Assembly: GCA_947627735.1 (NCBI GenBank)
Contig: CANQXG010000001.1
Span: 80,406 to 144,405 of the forward strand
Source: an uncultured Oscillospiraceae bacterium
GTDB taxonomy: Bacteria > Bacillota > Clostridia > Oscillospirales > Oscillospiraceae
Direction: 5' to 3'
DNA: 64,000 bases
The translations under genes and the position numbers were made by a program. Positions 9,983-20,553 of this stretch are shown here, one piece after another. Below the pieces are notes generated by a model. The model did not search any database and was not told where the DNA came from. It saw only the letters and a program-made list of their open reading frames with translations. Every line of letters begins with the position of its first letter. Position 1 is the stretch's first letter.

Positions 9983-11260
9983 TTACGCGTCCTGCAGCGC
10001 GACCACGCCGGGCAGGGCCTTGCCCTCCAGGAACTCCAGGGAGGCGCCGCCGCCGGTGGAGATGTGGGTGATCTTGTCGGCAAAGCCCAGCTGCTCCACA
10101 GCCGCCGCGCTGTCGCCGCCGCCAATGATGCTCACGGCGCCGGAGGCCGCCACCGCGCGGGCCACGGCCCGGGTGCCCTCGGCGAACTTATCGAACTCGA
10201 ACACGCCCATGGGGCCGTTCCAGACCACGGTGCCCGCGCCGGCCACGGCGGCAGCGAACTTCTCCCGGGTCTTCTCGCCGATATCCAGGCCCTGCCAGCC
10301 GGCGGGGATAGCGCTGGAGGGAACGGTCTTGCTCTCCGCGTCCGCGGCGAACTCCTTGGCCACCACGGTGTCCTCGGGCAGCAGCAGCTCCACGCCCTTG
10401 GCCTTGGCGTCGGCGATCATCTGCTTGGCGAAGTCCACCTTGTCCTCCTCCAGCAGGCTGTCGCCCACCTCATAGCCCTGGGCCTTGATGAAGGTATAGG
10501 CCATGCCGCCGCCGATGATGATCTTGTCGGCCTTGGTCAGCAGGTTCTCGATGACGGCGATCTTGTCCGAGACCTTGGCGCCGCCCAGGATGGCCACGAA
10601 GGGACGGGCGGGGTCGGCCAGGGCCTTGCCCATGATGGACAGCTCCTTGCCGATCAGGAAGCCGGACACGGCGGGCAGATAGTCCGCCACGCCGACGGTG
10701 GAGGCGTGGGCGCGGTGCACGGTGCCGAAGGCGTCGGACACGTACAGGCCGCCCTCGCCGGCCAGGTCGGCCAGGGCCTTGGCGGTGGCGGGGTCGTTCT
10801 TGGTCTCGCCCTTCTCAAAGCGGGTGTTCTGCAGCAGCATGATCTCGCCGCTCTTCAGGGCGGCGGCCTTGGCCTGGGCGTCGGGGCCAACCACATCGTC
10901 GGCCAGGATCACGTTCTTGCCCAGCAGCTGGCTCAGCCGCTCGGCCACCGGCTCCATGCGCAGCGCGTCCAGGGACTTCTTCCACTTCTCCTGGGTCAGG
11001 GTGGCGGGGTCCTTGCCCTTCTCGGTCTGCTTCTTCACCCACTTGTCATAGCTGGCCTCAGGCTTGCCCAGATGGGAGCAGGCGATGACGGCGGCGCCGT
11101 TGTCCAGCAGGTACTGGATGGTGGGCAGGGCGGCGCGGATGCGCTTGTCGTCCTTGACGGCGCCGGTCTGCTTGTCCTGGGGGACGTTGAAGTCGCAGCG
11201 CAGCAGGACCTTGCGGCCCTTCACGTCCACCTGGGTCACGTTTTTCTTGTTGTAGTTCAT
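9983..11260 (-). CDS. pgk: phosphoglycerate kinase (425 aa, with a K/E-rich insertion)
   Basis: [28 protein letters not shown] and [10 protein letters not shown] motifs. It is about 25 aa longer than typical Pgk (see findings). Confidence 0.95.
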   Translation of the reverse strand: MNYNKKNVTQVDVKGRKVLLRCDFNVPQDKQTGAVKDDKRIRAALPTIQYLLDNGAAVIACSHLGKPEASYDKWVKKQTEKGKDPATLTQEKWKKSLDALRMEPVAERLSQLLGKNVILADDVVGPDAQAKAAALKSGEIMLLQNTRFEKGETKNDPATAKALADLAGEGGLYVSDAFGTVHRAHASTVGVADYLPAVSGFLIGKELSIMGKALADPARPFVAILGGAKVSDKIAVIENLLTKADKIIIGGGMAYTFIKAQGYEVGDSLLEEDKVDFAKQMIADAKAKGVELLLPEDTVVAKEFAADAESKTVPSSAIPAGWQGLDIGEKTREKFAAAVAGAGTVVWNGPMGVFEFDKFAEGTRAVARAVAASGAVSIIGGGDSAAAVEQLGFADKITHISTGGGASLEFLEGKALPGVVALQDA

Positions 11261-11309
11261 TGCCTTATATCCTCCATAATAGTATTATGCCTTTTTCTCG
11301 CCGCCGGGG

Positions 11310-11801
11310 TCAGTCCTCCCCCACGGCCATGATCCCCCGGTCCAGCAGGCCGGGGAAGCCCTGCTGGCGCAGGACCTCGTACAGGACGATGGATGCGGAG
11401 CTGGCCAGATTCAGGCTGCGTGCCCGGGCCTTCATGGGGATGCGCAGGCACCGCTCCCGGTACCGTTCCATCAGCGCCTCCGGCAGGCCGGAGGTCTCCC
11501 GGCCGAACAGCAGCGCCGTGTCCGGGCCGAAGGACGCCTGGGTATAGCACCGGGGGGCCTTGGTGGACAAAAGCCACAGCGACCCGTCCCCGTTCTTCTC
11601 CAGGTACTCCTCCACGCTGTCGTACACCCGCACGTCCACCAGGTGCCAGTAATCCAGCCCCGCCCGCTTCACGGCGGCGTCGGATATGTCGAAGCCCAGG
11701 GGCTTTATCAGGTGCAGGCTCGCGCCGGTGGCGGCGCAGGTCCGGGCGATGGCCCCGGTGTTCTGGGGTATCTCCGGGGCGTACAGGACGATGCTGTTCA
11801 T
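11310..11801 (-). CDS. trmL: tRNA (cytidine/uridine-34 2'-O)-methyltransferase, SpoU/TrmL family (163 aa)
   Basis: IVLYAPEIPQNTGAIARTCAATG, LLFGRETSGLP and IPMKARARSLNLASSASIVLYE. Start taken at MNSIVLY. Confidence 0.85.
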   Translation of the reverse strand: MNSIVLYAPEIPQNTGAIARTCAATGASLHLIKPLGFDISDAAVKRAGLDYWHLVDVRVYDSVEEYLEKNGDGSLWLLSTKAPRCYTQASFGPDTALLFGRETSGLPEALMERYRERCLRIPMKARARSLNLASSASIVLYEVLRQQGFPGLLDRGIMAVGED

Positions 11802-11967
11802 AGGCGGGTCTTCTCCCCAAAATGCCTTTCCGCCGCGCCCCTCCCCGCCCGGCGCAAAGCCTGGGGCCAGGAGAAAACGGCCTATTTCTCCACTATCATC
11901 AACCTTACACATTATATACCATCCCGGTGTTTTTGCAAGGGCGACTTTTCCCGCCGGAGCATTTCTG

Positions 11968-11996
11968 TTGAAAATGCAGAAAAAAACCGTTATAAT
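11968..11996 (+). promoter_or_regulatory. sigma-A type promoter for the GT2 gene
   Basis: TTGAAA, a 17-nt spacer and TATAAT, 18 nt upstream of the GGAGGTGAGG RBS. Confidence 0.65.
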
Positions 11997-12014
11997 AACC
12001 CGGAGGTGAGGATA

Positions 12015-12767
12015 ATGCAGACATTATATATAGTCGTGCCCTGCTACAACGAGACCGAGTGCCTGCCACAGACCGCCCCGGTGTTCCGCCGGGAACTGGA
12101 GGAGCTGACCGCCGCCGGCCTGGCCGGGCCGGACAGCCGCGTCCTGCTGGTGGACGACGGCTCCGCCGACGACACCTGGGACATCATCCGTTCCCTGCAC
12201 GAGTCCGACCCCGCCTTCTGCGGGCTGAGGCTATCCCCCAACCGGGGCCACCAGAACGCGGTGATGGCCGGGCTGATGGAGGCCCGGACCCGGGCGGACG
12301 TGACCATCAGCATCGACGTGGACCTGCAGGACGACATCACCGCCATGGCGAAGATGATGAAAAAGCACGCCGATGGCGCCCACATCGTATGCGGCGTGCG
12401 CGCCAGCCGGGAGTCGGACACCTTCTTCAAGCGCACCACCGCCCAGGCATACTACGGGCTGATGAACCTGTTCGGGGCAAAGCTCATATATAACCACGCC
12501 GATTACCGGCTGCTGGACCGCGCCGCCCTGGATAAGCTGGCCCTGTATCACGACGACGACCCCTTCCTCCGTGGCCTTATCACCCGCCTGGGCCTGGACA
12601 CCGCCACGGTGGAGTACACCCGCACCCCCCGGGTGGCCGGGGAGAGCAAATACACCCTGAAAAAGATGGTGAAGCTGGCCATAAGGGGCCTGACATGCGG
12701 CCGCTGCAAGCCCCAGGACACCCCCCGTCCCCCCGATCCACACATCGCGGAGCGGCTTTTTTCGTGA
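12015..12767 (+). CDS. family-2 glycosyltransferase, GtrB/DPM1-like catalytic domain (250 aa)
   Basis: YIVVPCYNE, LLVDDGSADDT, NRGHQNA and the DVDLQDD (DxD) motif. It ends shortly after the region where GtrB-type enzymes begin their C-terminal TM helices. Confidence 0.85.
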   Translation: MQTLYIVVPCYNETECLPQTAPVFRRELEELTAAGLAGPDSRVLLVDDGSADDTWDIIRSLHESDPAFCGLRLSPNRGHQNAVMAGLMEARTRADVTISIDVDLQDDITAMAKMMKKHADGAHIVCGVRASRESDTFFKRTTAQAYYGLMNLFGAKLIYNHADYRLLDRAALDKLALYHDDDPFLRGLITRLGLDTATVEYTRTPRVAGESKYTLKKMVKLAIRGLTCGRCKPQDTPRPPDPHIAERLFS

Positions 12768-12775
12768 ATATTTAT

Positions 12776-12806
12776 CCCCTTTCCCTCGGGAAAGGGGTTT
12801 CCTTTT
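12776..12806 (+). terminator. intrinsic terminator after the GT2 gene
   Basis: Perfect 10-bp stem cccctttccc / gggaaagggg with a 2-nt loop, followed by tttcctttt. Confidence 0.75.
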
Positions 12807-12857
12807 GTATAGTTTGCAAGAACTTCCAGGGTTATGCAGTTTTCCATGAATAATCTA

Positions 12858-12886
12858 TTGTTTATTCATCCCCAGCGTATTATAAT
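12858..12886 (+). promoter_or_regulatory. sigma-A type promoter of the amino-acid ABC operon
   Basis: TTGTTT, a 17-nt spacer and TATAAT. The dyad ATGAATAA-N8-TTATTCAT (12846-12869) overlaps the -35. Confidence 0.55.
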
Positions 12887-12952
12887 CCAGGCAACGACCA
12901 GAAAATGGTTACATAAAACAGCAACGACAAAATGGAAGGATGGAATATTATC

Positions 12953-13864
12953 ATGAAGAAACTTCTTGCAATGCTCCTGGCTCTTGCGATGATCCTGAGC
13001 CTGGCCGCCTGCGGCGGCTCCGGCAGCAGCGCCAAGACCGAACCCACCGAGGCCCCCGTGGAGGCCGAACCCGAGGCGGAACCCACCGAGGCTCCCGTAG
13101 AGGCCGAGCCGGAAGCGGAGCCTGAGGCTGAACCCGAGGCCGAAGCTGCCGGATACACCACCGTCGAGGAAGGCAAGCTCATCATGAGCACCAACGCCGC
13201 CTTCCCTCCCTATGAGATGGTCGCCGACGGCGAGGGCGCCTACAACGGCTTCGAGGGCATCGACGTGGAGATCGCCGTGGCTCTGGCCGACAAGCTGGGC
13301 CTGGAGCTGGTCATCGACGACATGGACTTCGACTCCGCTCTGGTGGCCGTGCAGAACGGCAAGAGCGACATGGTCCTGGCCGGCCTGACCTACAATGAAG
13401 AGCGTGACAAGGTCATGGACTTCTCCACCAGCTACGCCACCGGCCAGCAGGTGGTCATCGTCCCCGACGGCTCCGACATCGAGACCATGGACGACCTGGC
13501 CAACGACAAGATGATCGGCGTCCAGCGCGGCACCACCGGTGAGATGTACGCCGCCGACACCCCCGAGAACGGCGGCTACGGCGAGGATCACGTCCTGGCC
13601 TATGACAACGGCGCTCTGGCTGTCCAGGCCATGCTCAACGGCCAGGTGGACGCGGTCATCATCGACAACGGCCCCGCCCAGGAGTACGTCAAGGCCAACG
13701 CCGGTCTGCATCTGCTGGACGGCGACTGGGTGCTGGAGAACTACTGCCTGGCCGTGGACGAGGGCAACACCCAGCTGCTGGAGGCCCTCAACAGCGCTCT
13801 TGAGGAAATGATCGCCGACGGCACCGTTCAGTCCATCATCGACAAGTACATCGCCGCCGAGTGA
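12953..13864 (+). CDS. polar amino-acid ABC transporter substrate-binding lipoprotein (303 aa)
   Basis: Signal peptide with lipobox MKKLLAMLLALAMILSLAAC, then a PE/A-rich linker and an SBP_bac_3-like domain (DVEIAVALADKLG..., GLTYNEERDK, IGVQRGTTGE). Confidence 0.88.
   Translation: MKKLLAMLLALAMILSLAACGGSGSSAKTEPTEAPVEAEPEAEPTEAPVEAEPEAEPEAEPEAEAAGYTTVEEGKLIMSTNAAFPPYEMVADGEGAYNGFEGIDVEIAVALADKLGLELVIDDMDFDSALVAVQNGKSDMVLAGLTYNEERDKVMDFSTSYATGQQVVIVPDGSDIETMDDLANDKMIGVQRGTTGEMYAADTPENGGYGEDHVLAYDNGALAVQAMLNGQVDAVIIDNGPAQEYVKANAGLHLLDGDWVLENYCLAVDEGNTQLLEALNSALEEMIADGTVQSIIDKYIAAE
13040..13147 (+). repeat. in-frame tandem repeat (2 x 39 bp plus a degenerate tail) encoding an EPTEAPVEAEPEA linker
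   Basis: The unit gaacccaccgaggc(c/t)cccgt(g/a)gaggccga(a/g)cc(c/g)ga(g/a)gcg occurs at 13040-13078 and 13079-13117, followed by GAGCCTGAGGCTGAACCCGAGGCCGAAGCT. Confidence 0.8.
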
Positions 13865-13941
13865 TAATACCCGGCCTGAGAAGAGGGGCGGTCCCGCCGA
13901 CCGCCCCCCTTTTTCCATATGACTAAGAGAGGGGAAATAGC

Positions 13942-14709
13942 ATGAACGTAGACCTGCTCTACGAGACCCTGTCCCAGATCCCCCTGGAGGATCTGAACTT
14001 CTGGCAGAGCCTGTTCACGAAATTCTACCGGGCCTGGTTTATGGAGGACCGGTGGCTGAAGTATTTTGAGGGCCTGCTCACCACCATCGAGGTCACCGTG
14101 ATCGCCCTGGTCATCGGCGTGGTGCTGGGCGTGCTGGTGGCCATGGCCCGTGTGGCCCACGACCAGCGCCGCCCCGGCACCCACAACCCCGTGCTGTCCG
14201 CCGTCAATTTCGTCTGCAAGATATACGTCACCGTCATCCGGGGCACGCCCATGATGGTACAGCTGATGATCATGGGCTTCGTCATCTTCTCCTCCAGCCG
14301 GAACTTCACCCTGGTGGGCGCGCTGGGCCTGGGCATCAACTCCGGCGCGTACGTGTCCGAGATCATCCGGGGCGGTCTGATGAGCCTGGACCCGGGCCAG
14401 TCGGAGGCGGGCCGCTCCCTGGGACTGAGCTACATCCAGACCATGCGGTTCATCGTCATCCCCCAGGCCTTCAAGGCCATCCTCCCCTCCCTGGGCAATG
14501 AGTTCATCGTGCTTTTGAAGGACACCTCCCTCATCAGCGTCATCGCCGGCAAGGAGATCGTCTACGCGGCCCGGTCCATCGGCGCCAAGACGTATGAGTA
14601 CATGTTCCCCTACGTCATCACCGCCATCATGTACCTGATCCTGGTGATGATCTTCTCCTGGCTGCAGAGCATACTGGAAAGGAGGCTGCGCGAAAGTGAT
14701 AGACGTTAA
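13942..14709 (+). CDS. amino-acid ABC transporter permease, His/Glu/Gln/Arg/opine family (255 aa)
   Basis: Multi-TM protein with the EAA-type loop [29 protein letters not shown]. Confidence 0.9.
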   Translation: MNVDLLYETLSQIPLEDLNFWQSLFTKFYRAWFMEDRWLKYFEGLLTTIEVTVIALVIGVVLGVLVAMARVAHDQRRPGTHNPVLSAVNFVCKIYVTVIRGTPMMVQLMIMGFVIFSSSRNFTLVGALGLGINSGAYVSEIIRGGLMSLDPGQSEAGRSLGLSYIQTMRFIVIPQAFKAILPSLGNEFIVLLKDTSLISVIAGKEIVYAARSIGAKTYEYMFPYVITAIMYLILVMIFSWLQSILERRLRESDRR

Positions 14710-15418
14710 GGGCCTGAAAAAAGCCTTCGGGGACCACGTGGTCCTCAAGGACATCACCGAGCACATCTATCCCGGCGAGAAGGTGGTCGTCATCGGCCCC
14801 TCCGGCTCCGGCAAGAGCACCTTCCTGCGCTGCCTGAACCTGCTGGAGACCCCCACCGCCGGCACCATCACCTTCAAGGGCACGGACATCACCGACCCCA
14901 AGAGCGACATCAACAAGTACCGCCAGAAGATGGGCATGGTGTTCCAGCACTTCAATCTGTTCCCCCACATGACCATCCTGCGCAACCTCACCCTCGCCCC
15001 CACCCAGGTGCTGGGCAAGAAAAAGGACGAGGCCGAGGCAAAGGCCATGGAGCTGCTGGCCCGGGTGGGCCTGGACGACCGGGCCGGGTCCTATCCCAAC
15101 CAGCTGTCCGGCGGCCAGAAGCAGCGCGTGGCCATCGTGCGGGCGCTGTGCATGGAGCCGGAGGTCATGCTCTTCGACGAGCCCACCTCCGCCCTGGACC
15201 CGGAGATGGTGGGCGAGGTGCTGGACGTGATGAAGTCCCTGGCCAACGACGGCATGACCATGGTGGTGGTCACCCACGAGATGGGCTTCGCCCGTGAGGT
15301 GGGCGACCGGGTGCTGTTCATGGACGGCGGCGTCATCGCCGAGCAGAACACCCCCACGGAGTTCTTCGACCACCCCCAGACCGAGCGGGCGCAGAACTTC
15401 CTGGCAAAGGTGCTGTGA
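14696..15418 (+). CDS. amino-acid ABC transporter ATP-binding protein, GlnQ-like (240 aa)
   Basis: GTG start overlapping the permease end. Walker [10 protein letters not shown], signature [15 protein letters not shown], Walker [13 protein letters not shown]-loop [10 protein letters not shown]. Confidence 0.93.
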   Translation: MIDVKGLKKAFGDHVVLKDITEHIYPGEKVVVIGPSGSGKSTFLRCLNLLETPTAGTITFKGTDITDPKSDINKYRQKMGMVFQHFNLFPHMTILRNLTLAPTQVLGKKKDEAEAKAMELLARVGLDDRAGSYPNQLSGGQKQRVAIVRALCMEPEVMLFDEPTSALDPEMVGEVLDVMKSLANDGMTMVVVTHEMGFAREVGDRVLFMDGGVIAEQNTPTEFFDHPQTERAQNFLAKVL

Positions 15419-15422
15419 CCTT

Positions 15423-15460
15423 ACGCCCCCGGGACGTTCGTTCCGGGGGCGTTCTCTGTC
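15423..15460 (+). terminator. terminator hairpin after the amino-acid ABC operon
   Basis: Stem acgcccccgg / ccgggggcgt (15423-15452) followed by a pyrimidine-rich tctctgtctt. Confidence 0.55.
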
Positions 15461-15581
15461 TTATGGCCCGCGCCGGCGGGACGGGAGTAGATAGTACAAG
15501 TCCTTTATCGTTTTTGTGCACTAAAATAAAAAAGCAGTTTCCGTCATGGTGCACAGTTTTTACAAACATGTTTTTGCCACA

Positions 15582-15610
15582 TTGACATTTCTTTCGGAAC
15601 ACACTATTAT
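15582..15610 (+). promoter_or_regulatory. sigma-A type promoter of the branched-chain amino-acid ABC operon
   Basis: TTGACA, a 17-nt spacer and TATTAT within an AT-rich island, about 75 nt upstream of the SBP start. Confidence 0.65.
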
Positions 15611-15685
15611 CTAAAATAATCATTTGCTTTCTGCCGGGGCTGCCCCCGGTCTGAATACACTTTTATGGAAAGAGGTACAAGAAAA

Positions 15686-16852
15686 ATGAAACACACCACC
15701 ATGAAGAAAATGATCGCCTTTGCCCTTGCCACGGTCATGCTGGTGGCCCTGTGCTCCTGCGGCGGCGGCAACGGCGGCGAGAGCGCTGCCTCCGAGGCCT
15801 TCAAGCTGGGCGGCACCGGCCCTCTGACCGGCGGCGCGGCCATTTACGGCAACGCGGCCAAGAACGGCGCCCAGATCGCTGTGGACGAGATCAACGCCGA
15901 GGGCGGCATCCAGTTCGAGCTGAAGTATGAGGACGACGCCCATGACGCCGAGAAGGCCGTCAACGCCTACAACGCCCTGAAGGACTGGGGCATGCAGATC
16001 TCCCTGGGTTCCGTCACCTCCGCTCCGGCCAACGCCACCTCCGCTGAGGGCTTTGCCGACCGGATCTTCTCCCTGACCCCCTCCGCCTCCGCCCCCACCG
16101 TCATTGAGGGCAAGGACAACATGTTCCAGATGTGCTTCCTGGACTACCCCACTCAGGGCGGCGCCTCTGCCCAGTACATCTCCGACATGGCTCTGGGCGA
16201 GAAGATCGGCATCATCTGGAAGAACGATGAGGACTACTCCACCGGCCTGCGCAACTCCTTCGTGGACAAGGCCGCTGAGCTGGGCCTGAACGTGGTGGCT
16301 GAGTCCACCTTCACCGAGGGCAACAACGACTTCAGCGTGCAGCTGACCGAGATGCAGAACGCCGGCGCCGACCTGGTGTTCCTGCCCATGTACTACCAGC
16401 CCGCCTCCCTGATCTTCTCCCAGGCCAACGCCATGGGCTACGCGCCCAAGTGGTTCGGCGTGGACGGCATGGACGGCATCCTGACCATGGAGGGCTTCGA
16501 TCCCACCCTGGCCGAGGGCGTGATGTTGCTGACCCCCTTCAACGCCGACTCCACCGACGAGGCCACCCAGGCTTTCGTGGCCAAGTATCAGGAACTCTAC
16601 AACGAGATCCCCAACCAGTTCGCCGCCGACGCCTATGACTGCGTGTACGCCTACAAGCAGGCCCTGGAGGCCGCCGGCGCCACCCCCGACATGACCGCCG
16701 AGCAGCTGAACGACCTGATGATCGAGCAGTTCACCTCCATGTCCTTCGACGGCCTGACCGGCACCGGCATGACCTGGGATTCCACCGGCGCGGTGAGCAA
16801 GAGCGCTCACGGCATGGTGATCCAGGACGGCGCCTATGTGGGCCTTGACTGA
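15686..16852 (+). CDS. branched-chain amino-acid ABC transporter substrate-binding lipoprotein, LivJ/K-like (388 aa)
   Basis: MKHTTMKKMIAFALATVMLVALCSC lipoprotein signal and a Peripla_BP_6-like body (GGTGPLTGGAAIYG, FLPMYYQPA). AAAGAGG RBS. Confidence 0.88.
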   Translation: MKHTTMKKMIAFALATVMLVALCSCGGGNGGESAASEAFKLGGTGPLTGGAAIYGNAAKNGAQIAVDEINAEGGIQFELKYEDDAHDAEKAVNAYNALKDWGMQISLGSVTSAPANATSAEGFADRIFSLTPSASAPTVIEGKDNMFQMCFLDYPTQGGASAQYISDMALGEKIGIIWKNDEDYSTGLRNSFVDKAAELGLNVVAESTFTEGNNDFSVQLTEMQNAGADLVFLPMYYQPASLIFSQANAMGYAPKWFGVDGMDGILTMEGFDPTLAEGVMLLTPFNADSTDEATQAFVAKYQELYNEIPNQFAADAYDCVYAYKQALEAAGATPDMTAEQLNDLMIEQFTSMSFDGLTGTGMTWDSTGAVSKSAHGMVIQDGAYVGLD

Positions 16853-16876
16853 TCCAGCCTGATCTGCCGGCAACGG

Positions 16877-16924
16877 GGCCGGAGCAGATGCTTTGATGCG
16901 CCTGCTCCGGCCTTTCGGGATTTT
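16877..16924 (+). terminator. intercistronic terminator-like hairpin after the SBP gene
   Basis: 11-bp stem ggccggagcag / ctgctccggcc followed by tttcgggatttt, between livJ-like and livH. Confidence 0.5.
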
Positions 16925-16970
16925 CTGTCTTTGCCCTACCCTGTGACCTGACGAAAGGGGGATTTCCCTC

Positions 16971-17852
16971 GTGACATTTCTCAACTACCTGCTCAGCGGC
17001 ATCAGCCTGGGCAGCATCTACGCCATCATCGCCCTGGGCTATACCATGGTCTACGGCATCGCCAAGATGCTGAACTTCGCCCACGGCGACGTTATCATGG
17101 TGGGTTCCTATATCTGCTTCTTCGCCGTGAGCCGCTTCGGCCTGCCGCCTGTGGTAGGCGTGCTGGCCGCCATGGCGGTGTGCACCGTGCTGGGCATCCT
17201 GGTGGAGCGGCTGGCCTATAAGCCGCTGCGTGCCGCGCCCAGCCTGGCTGTGCTCATCACCGCCATCGGCGTCAGCTACTTCCTGCAGAACGGCGCCCAG
17301 CTGCTCTGGACGCCCAACCCCAAGGTGTTCCCCTCCATCGTGGGCAACGGACGGCTGGCGCTGTTCGGCGGCCAGCTCACCGTCAGCCACGTGACGCTGG
17401 TGACCATCGCCTCCTGCGTGGTCATCATGATCGCGCTGACCCTGTTCACCGGCCACACCAAGATGGGCAAGGCCATGCGCGCCTGCTCCGAGGACAAGGG
17501 CGCGGCCCAGCTGATGGGCATCAACGTCAACTCCACCATCTCCGTCACCTTCGCCATCGGCTCCGGCCTGGCGGCCGTGGCCGGGGTGCTGCTGTGCTCG
17601 GCCTACCCCAACCTGGTGCCCACCACCGGCTCCATGCCGGGCATCAAGGCTTTCACCGCCGCCGTGTTCGGCGGCATCGGCTCCATCCCCGGGGCCATGC
17701 TGGGGGGCATCCTGCTGGGCGTGATCGAGATCTTCGCCAAGGCGTATATCTCCACCCAGCTGTCCGACGCGGTGGTGTTCGCCGTGCTGATCTTCGTGCT
17801 GCTGGTCAAGCCCGCCGGGCTGCTGGGCAAGAAGATCAGCGAGAAAGTCTGA
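16971..17852 (+). CDS. livH: branched-chain amino-acid ABC transporter permease (293 aa)
   Basis: GTG start with an AAAGGGGG RBS. LivH-type sequence (LNYLLSGISLGSIYAIIALGYTMVYGI, NFAHGD). Confidence 0.9.
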   Translation: MTFLNYLLSGISLGSIYAIIALGYTMVYGIAKMLNFAHGDVIMVGSYICFFAVSRFGLPPVVGVLAAMAVCTVLGILVERLAYKPLRAAPSLAVLITAIGVSYFLQNGAQLLWTPNPKVFPSIVGNGRLALFGGQLTVSHVTLVTIASCVVIMIALTLFTGHTKMGKAMRACSEDKGAAQLMGINVNSTISVTFAIGSGLAAVAGVLLCSAYPNLVPTTGSMPGIKAFTAAVFGGIGSIPGAMLGGILLGVIEIFAKAYISTQLSDAVVFAVLIFVLLVKPAGLLGKKISEKV

Positions 17853-17862
17853 GGTGGCCGCC

Positions 17863-18952
17863 ATGAAGAAAAAGATCACCCTTACCAAATACACCCGCAG
17901 CAGCTTCCTCACCTACGGTCTGGTGATCGCCGCCTACGTGATCCTCCAGTCTATGGTCCTGACCGGCTCCATCACCTCCTCCCTGAAGGGCATGCTGGTG
18001 CCCATCTGCGCCTACGCGGTGATGGCGGTGAGCCTGAACCTGACGGTGGGCGTGCTGGGAGAGCTGAGCCTGGGCCACGCCGGATTCATGAGCGTGGGCG
18101 CCTTCACCGGCGTCATCGCCGCCATCGCCCTGGAGGGCATCGTCCCCATGGGCTGGCTGCGGCTGGTGATCGCCATGGCCGTGGGCGCGGTGTTCGCCGC
18201 CGTGGCGGGCTTTCTCATCGGCATCCCGGTGCTGCGCCTGAAGGGCGACTATCTGGCCATCGTGACCCTGGCCTTCGGCGAGATCATCAAGAGCGTGCTC
18301 AATAACCTCTATGTAGGCGTGGACGGCGACGGCCTGCACTTCAGTTTGCTGTCCGACCGCACCGGCCTGGCCGCGGGCGGGCGGATGATCGTCAATGGCC
18401 CCATGGGCATCACGGGCATCACGAAGCTGTCCACCTTCACGGCGGGCTTCGTGCTGCTGATGCTGACGCTGTTCATCGTGTTCAACCTGGTGAACAGCCG
18501 CACCGGCCGGGCCATCAAGTCCATCCGGGACAACCGCATCGCCGCCGAGAGCGTGGGCATCAACGTCACCAAGTACCGCCTGACGGCCTTCGTCACCTCC
18601 GCCGCCATGGCCGGCGCCGCGGGGCCTCTGTTCGCCATGAACTACTCCAACATCATCGCCAACAAGTTCGACTTCAACACCTCCATCCTGGTGCTGGTGT
18701 TCGTGGTGCTGGGCGGCCTGGGCAACATGCTTGGCTCCATCATCGCCGCCACGGCGCTGACCATCCTGCCGGAGGCCCTGCGCCAGTTCGCCGACTACCG
18801 GATGCTGATCTACGCCATCGTGCTGATCCTGGTGATGCTCATCACCAACAACCCCACACTGGCCGCCTGGACCCAGTCGGCCAGGGATAAGCTGCGCCGG
18901 GCCGTCGGTCGGAAAAAGCCGGCCCGGACCCCGGCGGAAGGAGGCGACGGCC

Positions 18953-18960
<8 letters not shown>
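17863..18960 (+). CDS. livM: branched-chain amino-acid ABC transporter permease (365 aa)
   Basis: LivM-type (GELSLGHAGFMSVGAF, LRLKGDYLAIVTLAFGEI). The ATG at 17863 lies 6 nt after GAGGTG. An in-frame GTG lies at 17854. Confidence 0.88.
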
Positions 18961-19789
<829 letters not shown>

Positions 19790-20491
19790 ATGCTGACCGT
19801 CGACGGCATCCATGTCTACTACGGCAACATCCACGCCCTGAAGGGCATCTCCTTTGAGGTGAACGAGGGGGAGATCGTGGCCCTGATCGGCGCCAACGGC
19901 GCCGGCAAATCCACCACGCTGCAGACCGTGTCCGGCATCATGCACCCCCGCTCCGGCAAGATCACCTTCCTGGACGAGGACATCACCCACACCGACGGCT
20001 ATAAGCTGCCCGCCAAGGGCCTGGCCCAGGTGCCCGAGGGCCGGCGCATCTTCCTGCAGATGACCGTCATGGAGAATCTGGAGATGGGCGCCTACATCCA
20101 CAAGGGAAAGGTGCCGGAGGAGGACTTTGAAAACGTGTTCTCCCACTTCCCCCGCCTGAAGGAGCGCCGCGGCCAGATCGCCGGCACCCTGTCCGGCGGC
20201 GAGCAGCAGATGCTGGCCATGGGCCGGGCGCTGATGAGTCACCCCAAGCTGCTGATGCTGGATGAACCCTCCATGGGCCTGGCGCCCATCCTGGTGGAGG
20301 AGATCTTCAACATCATCCGGGAGTTCCACGCCGCCGGCGCCACCATCCTTCTGGTGGAGCAGAACGCGGAGATGGCCCTGCAGGTGGCCGACCGGGCCTA
20401 TGTGCTGGAGTCCGGCACCATCGCCCTGTCCGGCACCGGCGCGGAGCTGGCCCAGAGCGACGAGATCAAAAAGGCCTACCTGGGCGGCTGA
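19790..20491 (+). CDS. livF: branched-chain amino-acid ABC transporter ATP-binding protein (233 aa)
   Basis: Walker A GANGAGKST, LSGGEQQMLAMGRAL, Walker B LMLDEPSMGLAP, VEQNA. Confidence 0.92.
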   Translation: MLTVDGIHVYYGNIHALKGISFEVNEGEIVALIGANGAGKSTTLQTVSGIMHPRSGKITFLDEDITHTDGYKLPAKGLAQVPEGRRIFLQMTVMENLEMGAYIHKGKVPEEDFENVFSHFPRLKERRGQIAGTLSGGEQQMLAMGRALMSHPKLLMLDEPSMGLAPILVEEIFNIIREFHAAGATILLVEQNAEMALQVADRAYVLESGTIALSGTGAELAQSDEIKKAYLGG

Positions 20492-20509
20492 AACAAACTC
20501 TCCCACACA

Positions 20510-20547
20510 AAAAAACATCCGCCGCGGCAAGCGGCGGATGTTTTTTA
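20510..20547. terminator. bidirectional intrinsic terminator
   Basis: Stem catccgccgc / gcggcggatg (20516-20540), flanked by an A run upstream and a T run downstream, between convergent operons. Confidence 0.8.
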
Positions 20548-20553
20548 TTTTTC

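Noticed and set aside
9005-11332. 775-aa plus-strand ORF
   Set aside because: It is antisense to tpiA and pgk. It has low-complexity Gly/Ala/His/Leu content and is a shadow ORF of a high-GC genome.
12015-12767. GT2 gene as a truncated pseudogene of a GtrB-type membrane glycosyltransferase
   Set aside because: It does stop where GtrB-like proteins begin their TM helices. However, the ORF has a good RBS and promoter and is followed directly by a perfect terminator. Soluble GT2 enzymes of about 250 aa also exist. I found no remnant TM-coding sequence downstream.
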